64,000 nt of DNA, from NCBI GenBank assembly GCA_025558095.1, contig JAIVFI010000011.1:744001-808000 (forward strand). The letters run 5' to 3'. Source of the DNA: Hyaloraphidium curvatum SAG 235-1 (Eukaryota > Fungi > Monoblepharomycota). How positions within the stretch are numbered: the first letter of the stretch is position 1; each line of letters opens with the position of its first letter. The notes beneath the pieces are model-generated. The model did not search any database, was not told the origin of the DNA, and worked only from the letters and a program-made list of their open reading frames with translations. Of this stretch, positions 20,196 through 30,274 are shown piece after piece. The position numbers and the translations under genes are program-made.

Positions 20196-21297
20196 ATGCC
20201 AACATACCTTTTCCTGTGGAACCCCGGACAAGTGGCCGTGGGACGAGCTGCCGCGCGACGCGGCCGAGGTCACGGCCACGGGATCCTTCAGGGGCCGCTG
20301 GTCCTGCGGGAACACCACCGCCATCCGCGAGAACGACCGGGCTTTCCTCCTCCGCGTCGGCAGCGACCAGCACAATCGGGGCATCGTCGGTTCCGGCTGG
20401 GTCGTGCGGGAGATGTTCTCGGAGCCGCACTGGGACGCCCGGCGCGCCGCGGCCGGGGACCTCGCCCACTACGTCGAAATCAGATGGGACGCGCTCCTCG
20501 TTCCGGGGACCGACCCGGTGTTCCCGCGGGGCACGCTCGAAGCCCCTCCATTGTCGGCCATGAACTGGTCGCAGCTCCGTTCGGGTGTCCGGATTCCGGA
20601 CGGAGTTGCCGACGCCCTTCAAACTGCCTGGGAAGCGCACCTGCAGGTCGCTCAACCGGCGATACCTCCAATCGAGGGAAATGCAGACGGCGGTGCGGGC
20701 GCTCCCGGGCCCGGCGACGGTGATCAACCGGGGAACGGACCTGCACAAGACGCCGACGAACACATGGAGGAACCGGACGCGGGCCAAGGGGGCTCTCAAA
20801 ACATTGGCGAAGATGCCGGGGATGACGACATGACCGACGACGACTCGGGAGCCGAAGACGACCCGTCACTTTCTGTGGTCGCCGACCTCCTGGATCAAGT
20901 CGGGCCGGCGGAGGGAGTGGCGCTGAGGAGGTACAGGCGGGGACAGAAGGCATTCCGCGTCAACGTCCTCGGCGTGGAATCACAGTGTCGCCTGACCGGA
21001 GTCAGCGACCCGGCCTTCCTGATCGCAAGCCACATCAAGCCGTGGAGGAGCTGCACCACCGACATCGAGAAGATGGACGGCAACAACGGGCTCATGCTCA
21101 CCCCCAGTGTGGATTGGCTTTTCGACAAGGGGTTCATCAGCTTCGAGGACGACGGGGAGGTGATTTGGTCCCCGCAGCTCGATCAGAACGTCAGGGAACG
21201 GCTGGGGTTGGGGGCTGTTCCGGCCAATGTTGGTCCTTTCAACGATCAGCAGCGCGGATACCTCAAACATCACCGCGAGAACGTGTTTAAGCCGTGA
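20196..21297 (+). CDS. EVE/PUA-like domain + acidic linker + HNH endonuclease (type IV restriction-like); 1-nt frameshift at 20222-20225
   Basis: Corrected N-terminus MPTYLFLWNPDKWPW..WSCGNT..I..NDRAFLLRVG....RGIVGSG.....HWD. C-terminus RRGQKAFR..V, CRLTG, LIASHIKPW, DGNNGLMLTP.VD.LFDKGFISF, YLKHHRENVF. Intronless. Confidence 0.85.
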
Positions 21298-21320
21298 TCA
21301 AGGGTATAAACTGGGTTTGC

Positions 21321-22420
21321 TCATTGTAATGGGTCTCTATGAATCTTTCGTCGCTTCGCCCAGTTTAACATCTCCGCCTCCGCATCATCCGCCGCCTCGT
21401 CCTCGAACTTGTAGAGGCCCAGCTCGGAAACCACCACGTCCGCGTACCTGCCGAGCACCGCCTCCTCGACCTTTGCCAGAGAAACTCGCTCGAGCGACGC
21501 CTGGCAGCCCGCGAGCACGAGCCGCTTTGCCGCAGGAAATTCAAGCCGCACGAGGACGAGCGTGATGCCGCCCGTCAGCTCGAGCTCCTCCAGCACGCCG
21601 AGCGGGGCGAGCACCCGCGACAGCGAGACGTGCGGGGGGATGGTGGTGAAGCTTTCCACGATGATCTTACGCGGTCGGAAGTCCGGGCTCGCAAAGAGCT
21701 TCCCGGCGTCCGGGAGCTCCCTGAACATCAGCGCGAGCGACGTCGCGCCGGATCGGAGGAGGGGCAACCACAGCAGGGTGTCGAAAAGGTCCTTGTGCCG
21801 TTCCCGGGCGTCGAGTTCCAGTGACAGCGCGCACCCCGTGGTCTCCACGACTGCAACGAACCCCGCAGCATCCCTGGGAAGCTCGCCCGCCCAGTACAGG
21901 TGCTTCAGCCCCGGCGGGAGCAGCACGCGCGGGCTGCGCCGGCCCTGCTTCGGGCGGCGGACGGTGCGGTCCACCCTGAGCCTGTCGAGGCGCTTCATCC
22001 CGGAAACGAGCTCGAAGACGGGCTTCTCGTCCTCCCACCCCAGGCCCAGCTCGAGCTCCCGCAGGTTGCAAAAGAGCATCGTATGGGCCAGGCTCAGCCG
22101 GGGGCCGCCGAGGTTCGCTCGGCGCACGAGGTTGGCGTGCTTGAGCGCCGTCCGCATGAAGGACGGCGCCGACGCGTGCGCCGCAGTGATACGGGAGTAC
22201 AGCACGGGCAGAGCGAGGTCGTGGATCTCCCTGCAGGCGAGGGAACATTCCAGGATGGTCCTTTTGCAGCCCATCGCCTCGAGGAGCAGGAAGACATCGC
22301 GGAGGAGGTCCAGCGGAAGAGCCTGAAGAGCGGGGCCACAGTCCTCGCCGGGCCCGTCCCCGGATCCGGGTTCCGCATGGGATTCCTCAGTCCCTGTGCT
22401 GGAGCTATCCGACGCGTCAT
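21321..22420 (-). CDS. F-box/LRR family member 1 (start codon out of frame by 1 nt)
   Basis: ALPLDLLRDVF...KRTILECSLACREIHDLALPVLYSRI; LF.SPDFRP; LxxLxL repeats. Confidence 0.7.
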
Positions 22421-22576
22421 CACAGGCTGATAAGCGGAAAAAAATGATTGACAGGCAAAATGGAACTGGTGAAGATGGCCGCAGCCCGCCACATCGACTC
22501 GTCGCGCCGATCGAATCACCGCCCGCCCGGCGGGGTAGAGCGGGCCGGCGAGCGCGTTTCCGCCCACTTTCGCCCG

Positions 22577-23673
22577 ATGAGCTCGGTCGAAGACGCGTCG
22601 CCAGGGCCCGCTGACGGGTCCGGTGCCCCGGATCCGAGGGTAGCCGACCCCGCCGATGGCGGTCCCGCCTTGCCGCCCGAGCTGATTCGCATGGCCCTCT
22701 CCGAGCTGGACGCGATGCACTGCAAGAGCACTATTCTGGAGTTCGCCCTCGCGTCCAAGGAGGCGTACGACCTCGCGCAGCCCGAGCTCTACGCGCGCAT
22801 CTGCACCGAAGACACCCTGGTCCCATCCTTCTTCGCGGCGGCCCGGAAGCACGCCAACCTCGTGAGGGACCTTGATCTGGGCCGAGCTTCCGGTCTCCCC
22901 CGCATCACTGCGTGCCTGGCCCTTTCGGGGCCCTGCGCTCGCTCCGCATCTACGCCGAGGGCGATTCGGAGGACCTCGCGCTCCAGCTGATCCCGGGGCT
23001 CGCGAACCTGGAAGCCCTCGACCTCGACTATTCGACGGAGGACGACGAAGATGTGCTGTTGGCCCTGCCAGCCGGCATCAGATCCGTCAAGCTCGTAACC
23101 AGGTTCCCTCGGGACGCGGATGCTTTCGCTGCGGCCTTCGAAGCTCTTGCGGGCCTGGAAGCATTGGAGCTGCACACTTGGAAGACGCTCCCGGGCGCTT
23201 TCGAGCCCTTGCTCCGGCTGCAATACGTCGTTTCGGCGCTCAGGACCGTGGGCCTGCACGCCGAAGAGCTGCAGCACGCGGAGGGACTGTTCCGGAGCCC
23301 GGCCTTCCGCCCGCGGAAGATCAAGCTGGACTTTATCGGGGGTTACTCTCCGCCGGCCGTCCCCGAGTCCGTTTCGAGCATCCCCGGCCTGTGCGAGCTC
23401 GAGCTGATGGACGGGATGACGTCGTTCCTTCGCGAGGCCAACCTCCCCCCCGCGGAAACCCTCACGATCGTTTCTTTCGAGGCATCCCTGGACGAGGACG
23501 AGCTCCCCCGCGTCGAGGAGATGCTCCGGGCCGAGTACGCCGGCGTCGTCGTGCGGGAGCTGCAGCGTGCCCCCGAGGAGGACCGGGCCGAGGCCGCGGA
23601 GGCCGAGCTGGCCATGTGGAGGAGGGTAGCCGGGGCGCAGGTCGGCTTTGCGATTGCGGACGACGACTTTTGA
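22577..23673 (+). CDS. F-box/LRR family member 2 (frameshift at ~22923)
   Basis: GPALPPELIRM..KSTILEFALASKEAYDLA.P.LYARI; LFRSPAFRP; AELAMWRRV. Confidence 0.75.
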
Positions 23674-23869
23674 TGGTTGATGGAGGACATGTCGAAGTAC
23701 GTCTTCCCGGAGGACGTGATCAACCGGTATGGGTTTTACTGGGCGACGGAATCGACACGGGCCACGGAGACTGGCGAATCGCCATGAGGTGCACGTTGTA
23801 TCTTGAGTTTTGGAGCAGTCAGATTACACAGGTCCGCACCTGACTTCCGACTAACGCCCGCTCCCTCCC

Positions 23870-25270
23870 TCACTTGCCGACGCGGATCAGCTTCTTGTTG
23901 ACAAACTCCTCGATGCCGTAGCGCCCCAGCTCGCGCCCGAACCCGGACCGCTTGACGCCGCCGAAGGGCAGCTCGGCGCCGTCGGCACCCACGACGTTGA
24001 CGAACACCATGCCGGCCTCGATCTGGTCGGCCACCCGCGCGGCCTGCTCCTTGTCGGTCGTGAAGAGGTACGACCCCAGCCCGAACGGCGTGTCGTTGGC
24101 CAGCTCCACCGCCTCATCCTCGTTCGCCACCTTGAACACCTGCGCGACGGGGCCGAAGAGCTCCTCGCGGAAGGTGCGCGGCACGCCCGTGAGCACGCCG
24201 GGGGGGAAGAAGGCGCCCTTGCGGTCGCCCTTGCTGAGCAGCTTGGCGCCCTCGGCCACGGCGCGGTCGACCTGCGAGGCCAGGCGCTCCGCGGCCAGCA
24301 TCGACGAGAGCGGGGGGAGGGTGCCGGCGGTGCCGAGGACCTTCTCGGAGAACTTGGAAAGGAAGGCGTCGTACAGGCTCTCGTGCACGATGAAGCGCTT
24401 GCCGGCGTTGCAGGCCTGGCCCGTGTTCTCGAACCGCGCCGCGACGGCGGCCTCGACGGTCGCGTCCAGGTCGTCGGTCGAGAGCACGATGAAGGGGTCC
24501 GAGCCGCCGAGCTCCAGCACGACCTTCTTGAGGTTGCGCCCGGCGATCTCGGCCACGGCCGCGCCGGCGCGCTCCGAGCCCGTCAGCGAGACGCCCTGGA
24601 TGCGGGGGTCGGCGATGAGCTTCGCGATCTGCTCGTTGGTCGCGTAGACGTTGTTGTAGCAGCCGGCGGGGTAGCCGGCATCGTCGTAGATCTTTTGGAT
24701 GGCGGCGGCGGATTCGGGGCACTGCGGCGCGTGCTTGAGCACGACCGTGTTGCCCAAAGCGAGGTTGGGGCCGGCGAAGCGGGCCACCTGGTAGTACGGA
24801 TAGTTCCAGGGCCTGATCAGGGAAGGGCGGCGACGGATCAGCGGGGTGAGATGGAGCGGCGACCGAGAAACCCACATGATGCCGAGGATGGTGCCGACGG
24901 CGGTGCGGCGGATCACGGCGGTCCCCTCGCCGCCCAGCAGCTCGATGGGCTCGTCGGCCAGGAACTTCTCCGCGTTGTCGCCGTAGTAGTCGTAGATGGC
25001 CACGCAAAAGTCGACCTCGCCCAGGGCCTGGTCGAGCGGCTTGCCCATCTCCTTGTTGATGATCCCGGCCAGCTCATCCCGGCGCTCGGCGTGCAGCGCG
25101 GCGACCTTCTTGACGAGGGCGGCGCGCTCGGCGACGGTGGTCTTTTTGGACCACGTCTTGTAGGCGCCGGCGGCGGCGGCGAGCGCCTCCTCGAGCTGCG
25201 CGTCGGTGGCGGTCGGGTACGTCTTGACCGTCTGGCCGGTCGCGGGGTCGACCACGGCGTATCCGCTCAT
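23870..25270 (-). CDS. NAD(P)-dependent succinate-semialdehyde dehydrogenase (Sad/GabD1-type ALDH); intron 24813-24875
   Basis: IMPWNYPYYQVARFAGPNL, KHAPQCP, LTGSERAG, LELGGSDP, NTGQACNAGKR, EELFGP, PFGGVKRSGFGRELG. Confidence 0.93.
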   Translation of the reverse strand: MSGYAVVDPATGQTVKTYPTATDAQLEEALAAAAGAYKTWSKKTTVAERAALVKKVAALHAERRDELAGIINKEMGKPLDQALGEVDFCVAIYDYYGDNAEKFLADEPIELLGGEGTAVIRRTAVGTILGIMWVSRSPLHLTPLIRRRPSLIRPWNYPYYQVARFAGPNLALGNTVVLKHAPQCPESAAAIQKIYDDAGYPAGCYNNVYATNEQIAKLIADPRIQGVSLTGSERAGAAVAEIAGRNLKKVVLELGGSDPFIVLSTDDLDATVEAAVAARFENTGQACNAGKRFIVHESLYDAFLSKFSEKVLGTAGTLPPLSSMLAAERLASQVDRAVAEGAKLLSKGDRKGAFFPPGVLTGVPRTFREELFGPVAQVFKVANEDEAVELANDTPFGLGSYLFTTDKEQAARVADQIEAGMVFVNVVGADGAELPFGGVKRSGFGRELGRYGIEEFVNKKLIRVGK

Positions 25271-25718
25271 CTGTGACGCCGAAACAATCGTAAACGAAAG
25301 TCCAGGAACACGTCTGCGGTGTCCGCGGAGCGCGATGGCGGCGGCGACGCGTCGTCGGGGAACACCGCCCGCAAGTCGAGCGACGCCGCCCATCGGGGCC
25401 CACATCGCGACGTGCGCCGTCTGGGGCCGACGATACCGACCTTGGCAGGCACAATGGACGGCACGGAGTCGGGGCTTGAGGGCAGACGGTCGCTTTGGCG
25501 CGGGAACTGGCGCGAGAGTCGCTTGCTGCCGCTCCGCCCGGATCGCCGATCAAAAGAAGGGCGGCTGTGCGGCCGGACGCCGGACACCTCGAATCATGTG
25601 ATCGTACCTCGGCAATGGCCTGAACTCAAGAGGAGCTATGGATGGAGACCGGGATCGGTACTGGATGCGGTCTCAAAGATGGACACCTGCGTTCGCGACC
25701 GTGGCGCTGGTTGACGAT

Positions 25719-26804
25719 CTACCCAAACTCGACATCCACGACTTGCAAGTTCCCGTCCGTGATCCTCCTCCACATGGCCACCTCCGCGACGTCGGCGTGC
25801 CTGCCGTGAGTGCGGAGCCCCTGCAAGACGATCGCGCTGTACTTGCTGCGCAGCATCGCCTCGACGCCGCCGAGGTCCGGTTCGGGAAGCGACGCGTTGA
25901 AGTAGTGGATGGAAAGAGTTTGGGCGGGGGGAAGGCCGGGCACCAGGATGACGGATGTTGCGCCGAACGTCAGATGGAGCTCGCCGAGCCCGCTCAATGC
26001 GGAAAGGGACCCGGGGATGATCCAGGGGATTTCCACCACACGAAAGTCGATCTTGATGGCCCAAGGCTGGAAATCCGGGCTCCGAAACAGGCCGTCCGCG
26101 TGGTGCAGGTCATTGGAGCGTAGACCGAGGGTCCGGAGTGCCGACACGACGTGATTCAGGGGCAGCAGAGGATCAAATGCCCCCTCGAACAAACCATAAG
26201 TGTCGAGATCGAAAACGATCAGGCTCGTGAGGGGCTCCAAGGCCGCAGCGAAAGCTGCAGCATCCCGAGGGAACTCCGTTTCCAGCTGCAGGGAACGGAG
26301 GCCAGCAGGCAGAGCCAAGCGCAGCTCGCGGCTGGTGAATGGCATGAAGTAGATTTGAAGGAGCTCCAGATTCTCCAGTCCGGGGATCAGCTTCCATGCC
26401 ACGTCATCCCAATCGCCCACGGCGCGTACGCGGAGCGAGTGCAGGTCATCAAAAAGGGCCAGGCACGCTGTGACGCGGGATTCGCTGGACTTTCCGCTGC
26501 GCAGATCGAGTTCCCGGACGAGGCTTGCGTGCTTCCGAGCGCTCGAGAAGAAGGCCGGAGCCTCGGTGTCTGCGGTGCAGATGCTCGCGTAGAGCACGGG
26601 CAGCGCGAGATCCTACACCTCTTTGGAGGCGAGGGCTAACTCCAGAATAGTGCGCTTGCAGTGCTTCGCGTCCAGCTCGGCGAGGACCATGCGAATCAGT
26701 TCAGGAGGCAGGGCCGGACCGTCGTCCGCGGCCGCAGCTCCGGACGTCTCGGGGGCCGCAGACACGTTGCCGGTCCCGGCCGACGCGTCTTCGATCGAGT
26801 TCAT
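25719..26804 (-). pseudogene. F-box/LRR family member 3 with an in-frame TAG at 26613-26615
   Basis: Close paralog of member 2 (GPALPPELIRM..ASKEV*DLALPVLY). The paralog has Tyr at this position. The rest of the frame is open to AEVAMWRRIT. Confidence 0.7.
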
Positions 26805-26931
26805 CAGTACAATAACGGAAACGGGGGCTCGCAGGTGGTTCTTCGGGCAGTGATTGTCGGCGCCTGTGCAGGTGAGTCGAGTGGTTGCCGCGTTTTCGGC
26901 ACCTATTCCACAACTCTCCGCGCGCCGTCTA

Positions 26932-28476
26932 ATGGCCGCGGCGCCGGAAGTCGAGCTCGACATCCGCCGACGTGCCGCCGCGGCCGGCGATGCGGAGCCC
27001 GGCAACCATGACGAATCGCGGGACAAATCGCACCCCGAAGAAGGGCCCTTCGCCTTGGACGGCTACGAATGGTTCGCGCTCTTCCCCTTCCGCGTGCCGC
27101 AGAGCGGAACCCTGAGGGTGGATGGCGCGGCGTTGCCCGACCCGGCCGCCGATCTGCGGGACCTGAAGCCGCACGACTACGAGTCGATGCTCGCGGCGTG
27201 CAGGGAGACGCGCCGGCCCGGAATCGCCTTGCTTGTGCGTGCACATTGCGCCCTCTGGCTGGGGAACTTTGTCGACAGTGTCTGCATATGTCTGCTCAGA
27301 GTGCCCGTGGTCGCGGCGGCATTGACTCTTGCTGGCGGCAGTATTCTCTTTCCGGCACGGAACTTGTGGCTCGGTGCGTTTGCCCTCCCTTTCGATCTTC
27401 TCTGGAGCGTCGCTGTCTGGACTTTCGTCGCGCTGAAGACGGGCGATTTTCTTTGGCCACGGCGGGGGTTCAGGGGCGGGTACATCATCAGGACCTCGGG
27501 CATATCGAACATGTTCTCGTGGTCCTTGCTGGTTCGAGAACGGCCGCATTCGCGACTCTTGATGCACCGCGCTCAGGACCCGTCTTGCACGTGCACCGAG
27601 CCCGCCTGCTCCGGCGACATAAACCGGATCGATGCCACGGCCCGCATCTCCGAACTCTGCGTGTTCTCCGCCGTAGTTCTCGCCATCATTCCTTTCCTTG
27701 TCTGGACCCCTGCCGTCACGCTGTCGTCCGCCTTCTGGCCGTCGCCGTGGGCGGTTGCCGGCGCGCTCTGCATGCTGTCTGCCCTGGCGTCAGTTCCCAT
27801 CCGCCTTTCCCGCATCATACACATGCCAAGCATTCCGTCGTTGCGGTTCGAAGGACGGCTCCGGCTGCGGGCCTCGGCCCTGATACTGGAGGACCTCCTC
27901 TCGCGGAACGGCGTGGCCGTCCGCAAGCCCGGATCCCGTCGGACCCCGGAGGAACAGGAGCCGTACGTGGACATGTGCCGCACGCTGTCGGAATACTGGT
28001 CCTTTGCCGGCAGGTTCAGCCCCAACGCGGTCCGGTTCACCCTGCTGCTCCACGGCTCCGCCGTGCTCCTCGCGTTCGCGTTCAATGCCGGCGCCGGGTG
28101 CATGACCGCGTGGCAGCTGGCCTCGCTGGCCCAGCTCGCCGGGTTCGTCGCGACCATGCTGGTACACATGGCGGAGCAGAATGCGCAGGTGGCGGGCGTC
28201 ACGGAGCTCTGGATCCAGGCGCAGGGAGAGCTGAGGATGCTCGCGCTGCGGACCAAGGATGGCGTGCTCAAGGGGGAGCTGGAGGCCCACGCGCGGGCCC
28301 TGGCGAGCTTCGTGGAGAGGGGCAACACTTTCCGGGCCAAGCTGCTCGGGATCACCGTGGATTACGGCACGCTGAGGGCGCTTGTCGCGACGGCGATCAC
28401 CGTCGCGGTCGGGCTGTTTGGGATCCTGCGGGCCGCGGGGCTCAGGCTGACTTTGGAGACGTTCTGCCCGGTGTGA
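26932..28476 (+). CDS. 7-TM membrane protein A (GR/7TMIC-like layout), intact and intronless
   Basis: Seven hydrophobic segments; H...D..CxC....C motif; AEQN; C-terminal FRAKLLGITVDYGTLRALVATAITVAVGLFGILR. Confidence 0.8.
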   Translation: MAAAPEVELDIRRRAAAAGDAEPGNHDESRDKSHPEEGPFALDGYEWFALFPFRVPQSGTLRVDGAALPDPAADLRDLKPHDYESMLAACRETRRPGIALLVRAHCALWLGNFVDSVCICLLRVPVVAAALTLAGGSILFPARNLWLGAFALPFDLLWSVAVWTFVALKTGDFLWPRRGFRGGYIIRTSGISNMFSWSLLVRERPHSRLLMHRAQDPSCTCTEPACSGDINRIDATARISELCVFSAVVLAIIPFLVWTPAVTLSSAFWPSPWAVAGALCMLSALASVPIRLSRIIHMPSIPSLRFEGRLRLRASALILEDLLSRNGVAVRKPGSRRTPEEQEPYVDMCRTLSEYWSFAGRFSPNAVRFTLLLHGSAVLLAFAFNAGAGCMTAWQLASLAQLAGFVATMLVHMAEQNAQVAGVTELWIQAQGELRMLALRTKDGVLKGELEAHARALASFVERGNTFRAKLLGITVDYGTLRALVATAITVAVGLFGILRAAGLRLTLETFCPV

Positions 28477-28599
28477 ATCGCGAATTCGTAGAGCTCCGCC
28501 TGGACTGCAGTCTCGCACCCCGTTGGACTCACGTCCAGCGTCCCAAAGCATAATGAAGCTTGCGCCTCACCCAGCCTACGATACAGTGCACGAGAGTTC

Positions 28600-29066
28600 G
28601 GACGCAACCCCCTCCCACATGTCGAGCTCCCCTGAAGGTGGTCGCACTCGAGTAAACGGAGCTGGAGGAGGCCGAAGATCTGTTCCGGAGCGCCTGCTCC
28701 CGGCCGCGCAGGATCAACGTGCATTTCCGCGGGCTCGGCGACCGCCTTCCCGCGGCGGTCCCTCGATCATTCGCGGACATCCCGGAACTTACTCGCTCGA
28801 GCTGCGCCACGCCCATACGTCCCTCTTTGCCAAGTGGGCTTTGTCGCGGGCGCGCAAGCTCGTCCTCCGGGACTGCCTCGCCTCGCTACGCGAAGGATCG
28901 GTGCCGGCGGTCGATACGGCCTTCCGGGAACGGTTCGGGGAGGTTGTCCCAGGCTACACTTTGGCGAGCGGGAGAGGAGGGCGCCGAAGGACCCCGACGA
29001 GGAGGCGGAGAAGGCCATGTGGCACAGGCTCGTGCGCGGGAGGCACATCGTGTTCACGTACAATAG
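28600..29066 (+). pseudogene. Degraded C-terminal remnant of the F-box/LRR family
   Basis: Fragments in several frames: LELRHAHTSL, RKLVLRDCLASL, EAEKAMWHRLVRGR. Confidence 0.6.
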
Positions 29067-29102
29067 GAGGGAATAGGAAGGCGGATACATCGACGAAGTC
29101 TA

Positions 29103-29975
29103 TTAGTCCAGCTCGTCCATGCCCCCGGTCCGCTGCGGCTGCGGCTGCTGCGCGGGTGCCGGAGCCGTAGGCTGCGCCAGCTGGACGAGCTGCGCCGCCT
29201 GCGCTGCGCCCGCGCCCGCGGGACGGGAAGGAGGCGGCGGGATCCGGTCGTCGAAGGAGAAGGCGTGCCTCAGCACTGCGGCGTCGACAGCCGCCGGCGA
29301 GGTCAGCTCCCTCAGCCGCTCGAGGAGCGACGCCAGGTGCCTCGCTTCCGCCCTCTCGGCGTCGTCCTTCTGCCTCCAGGAGTTGACGTACATGGCTTTG
29401 AAATCCTTGGTCTTCTCGTGCCTCTCCTCCGCGCTCCGGCCCCTGTAGAGCTCCTTGCACCTCTCGTACGCCTCCTCCGCGTGCTTCGCGAGGTCCTTGG
29501 CGCTGCCGACACCTTTGCAGACGTCCACTGCCTCGTTGAGGAACCTGGCGATGCCTTCCTCTCGGCCGCCTTTGCGGAACGCGGCGACGATGGCGGCGGA
29601 GAGCACGCCGATCCGGCTGCCGGCGGCGTCCGCGGCCTCGACGGATTCCCTGCCGGCGCGCACGGGACGTTCCTTGGTCCCGACGAGCCGGCCGATCTTC
29701 TCGGCCAGCCGCCTGATTGCGAAGTAGTTCTGCAAACCCGTCAGGGTCGCGTGCCCCGTCCGGGTCCGAGGCGGCGGGACCCACGCCGAGCACCGTCCAC
29801 GCATCGCGCTCGTACTCGTTCACCTCCTCCGCAAGATCGGCGACGAGCGTCCTCGTGGTGTCCGTGGCCTTGGGCGGGGCTCCGTCGTCGAACTGTGCGG
29901 GCGGGTCAGTGCCACGCGGGCGGCGGGGCGTGCCGGGAGGGGCGGACGTACGAATTCCGCGTCGCGGTCGGCCAT
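29103..29975 (-). CDS. Hypothetical helical protein ending MDELD; one 5' intron and a frameshift at 29754-29757
   Basis: MADRDAEF|GTACGT..CACAG|FDDGAPP..; removing one G joins it to ORF 29103-29804. Confidence 0.55.
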
Positions 29976-30274
29976 CGCGGCAGTGCGACGGAAGGGTCGC
30001 GTCGGCGAGGGAGGGCGGGCCGTGATGGCCGCGGGGAACGTGACGGGAACGGGCCGGAGTTTGCTCTGGATGCTTGCGCTACGCGCGCTGTGACGTTCTC
30101 TCGCCCGACCACCGCAATGTGTAACCACCGCAGCAGCGGACTCTCAGATGAGTCGCGTCTCGAGACCGTGCCAAACGGACGAGTAAGAGAAGTCGTAGGC
30201 AGAATGGGCGGATCGTAATCCCCGCATGGCGACGTTGGAGGGGCACGACCGTCAATCGCTACACCCGCTTCAGG

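Noticed and set aside
26613-26615. In-frame TAG as evidence of stop-codon reassignment
   Set aside because: TAG terminates other genes here (thioesterase, NR, 7-TM C). A single nonsense change or error is simpler.
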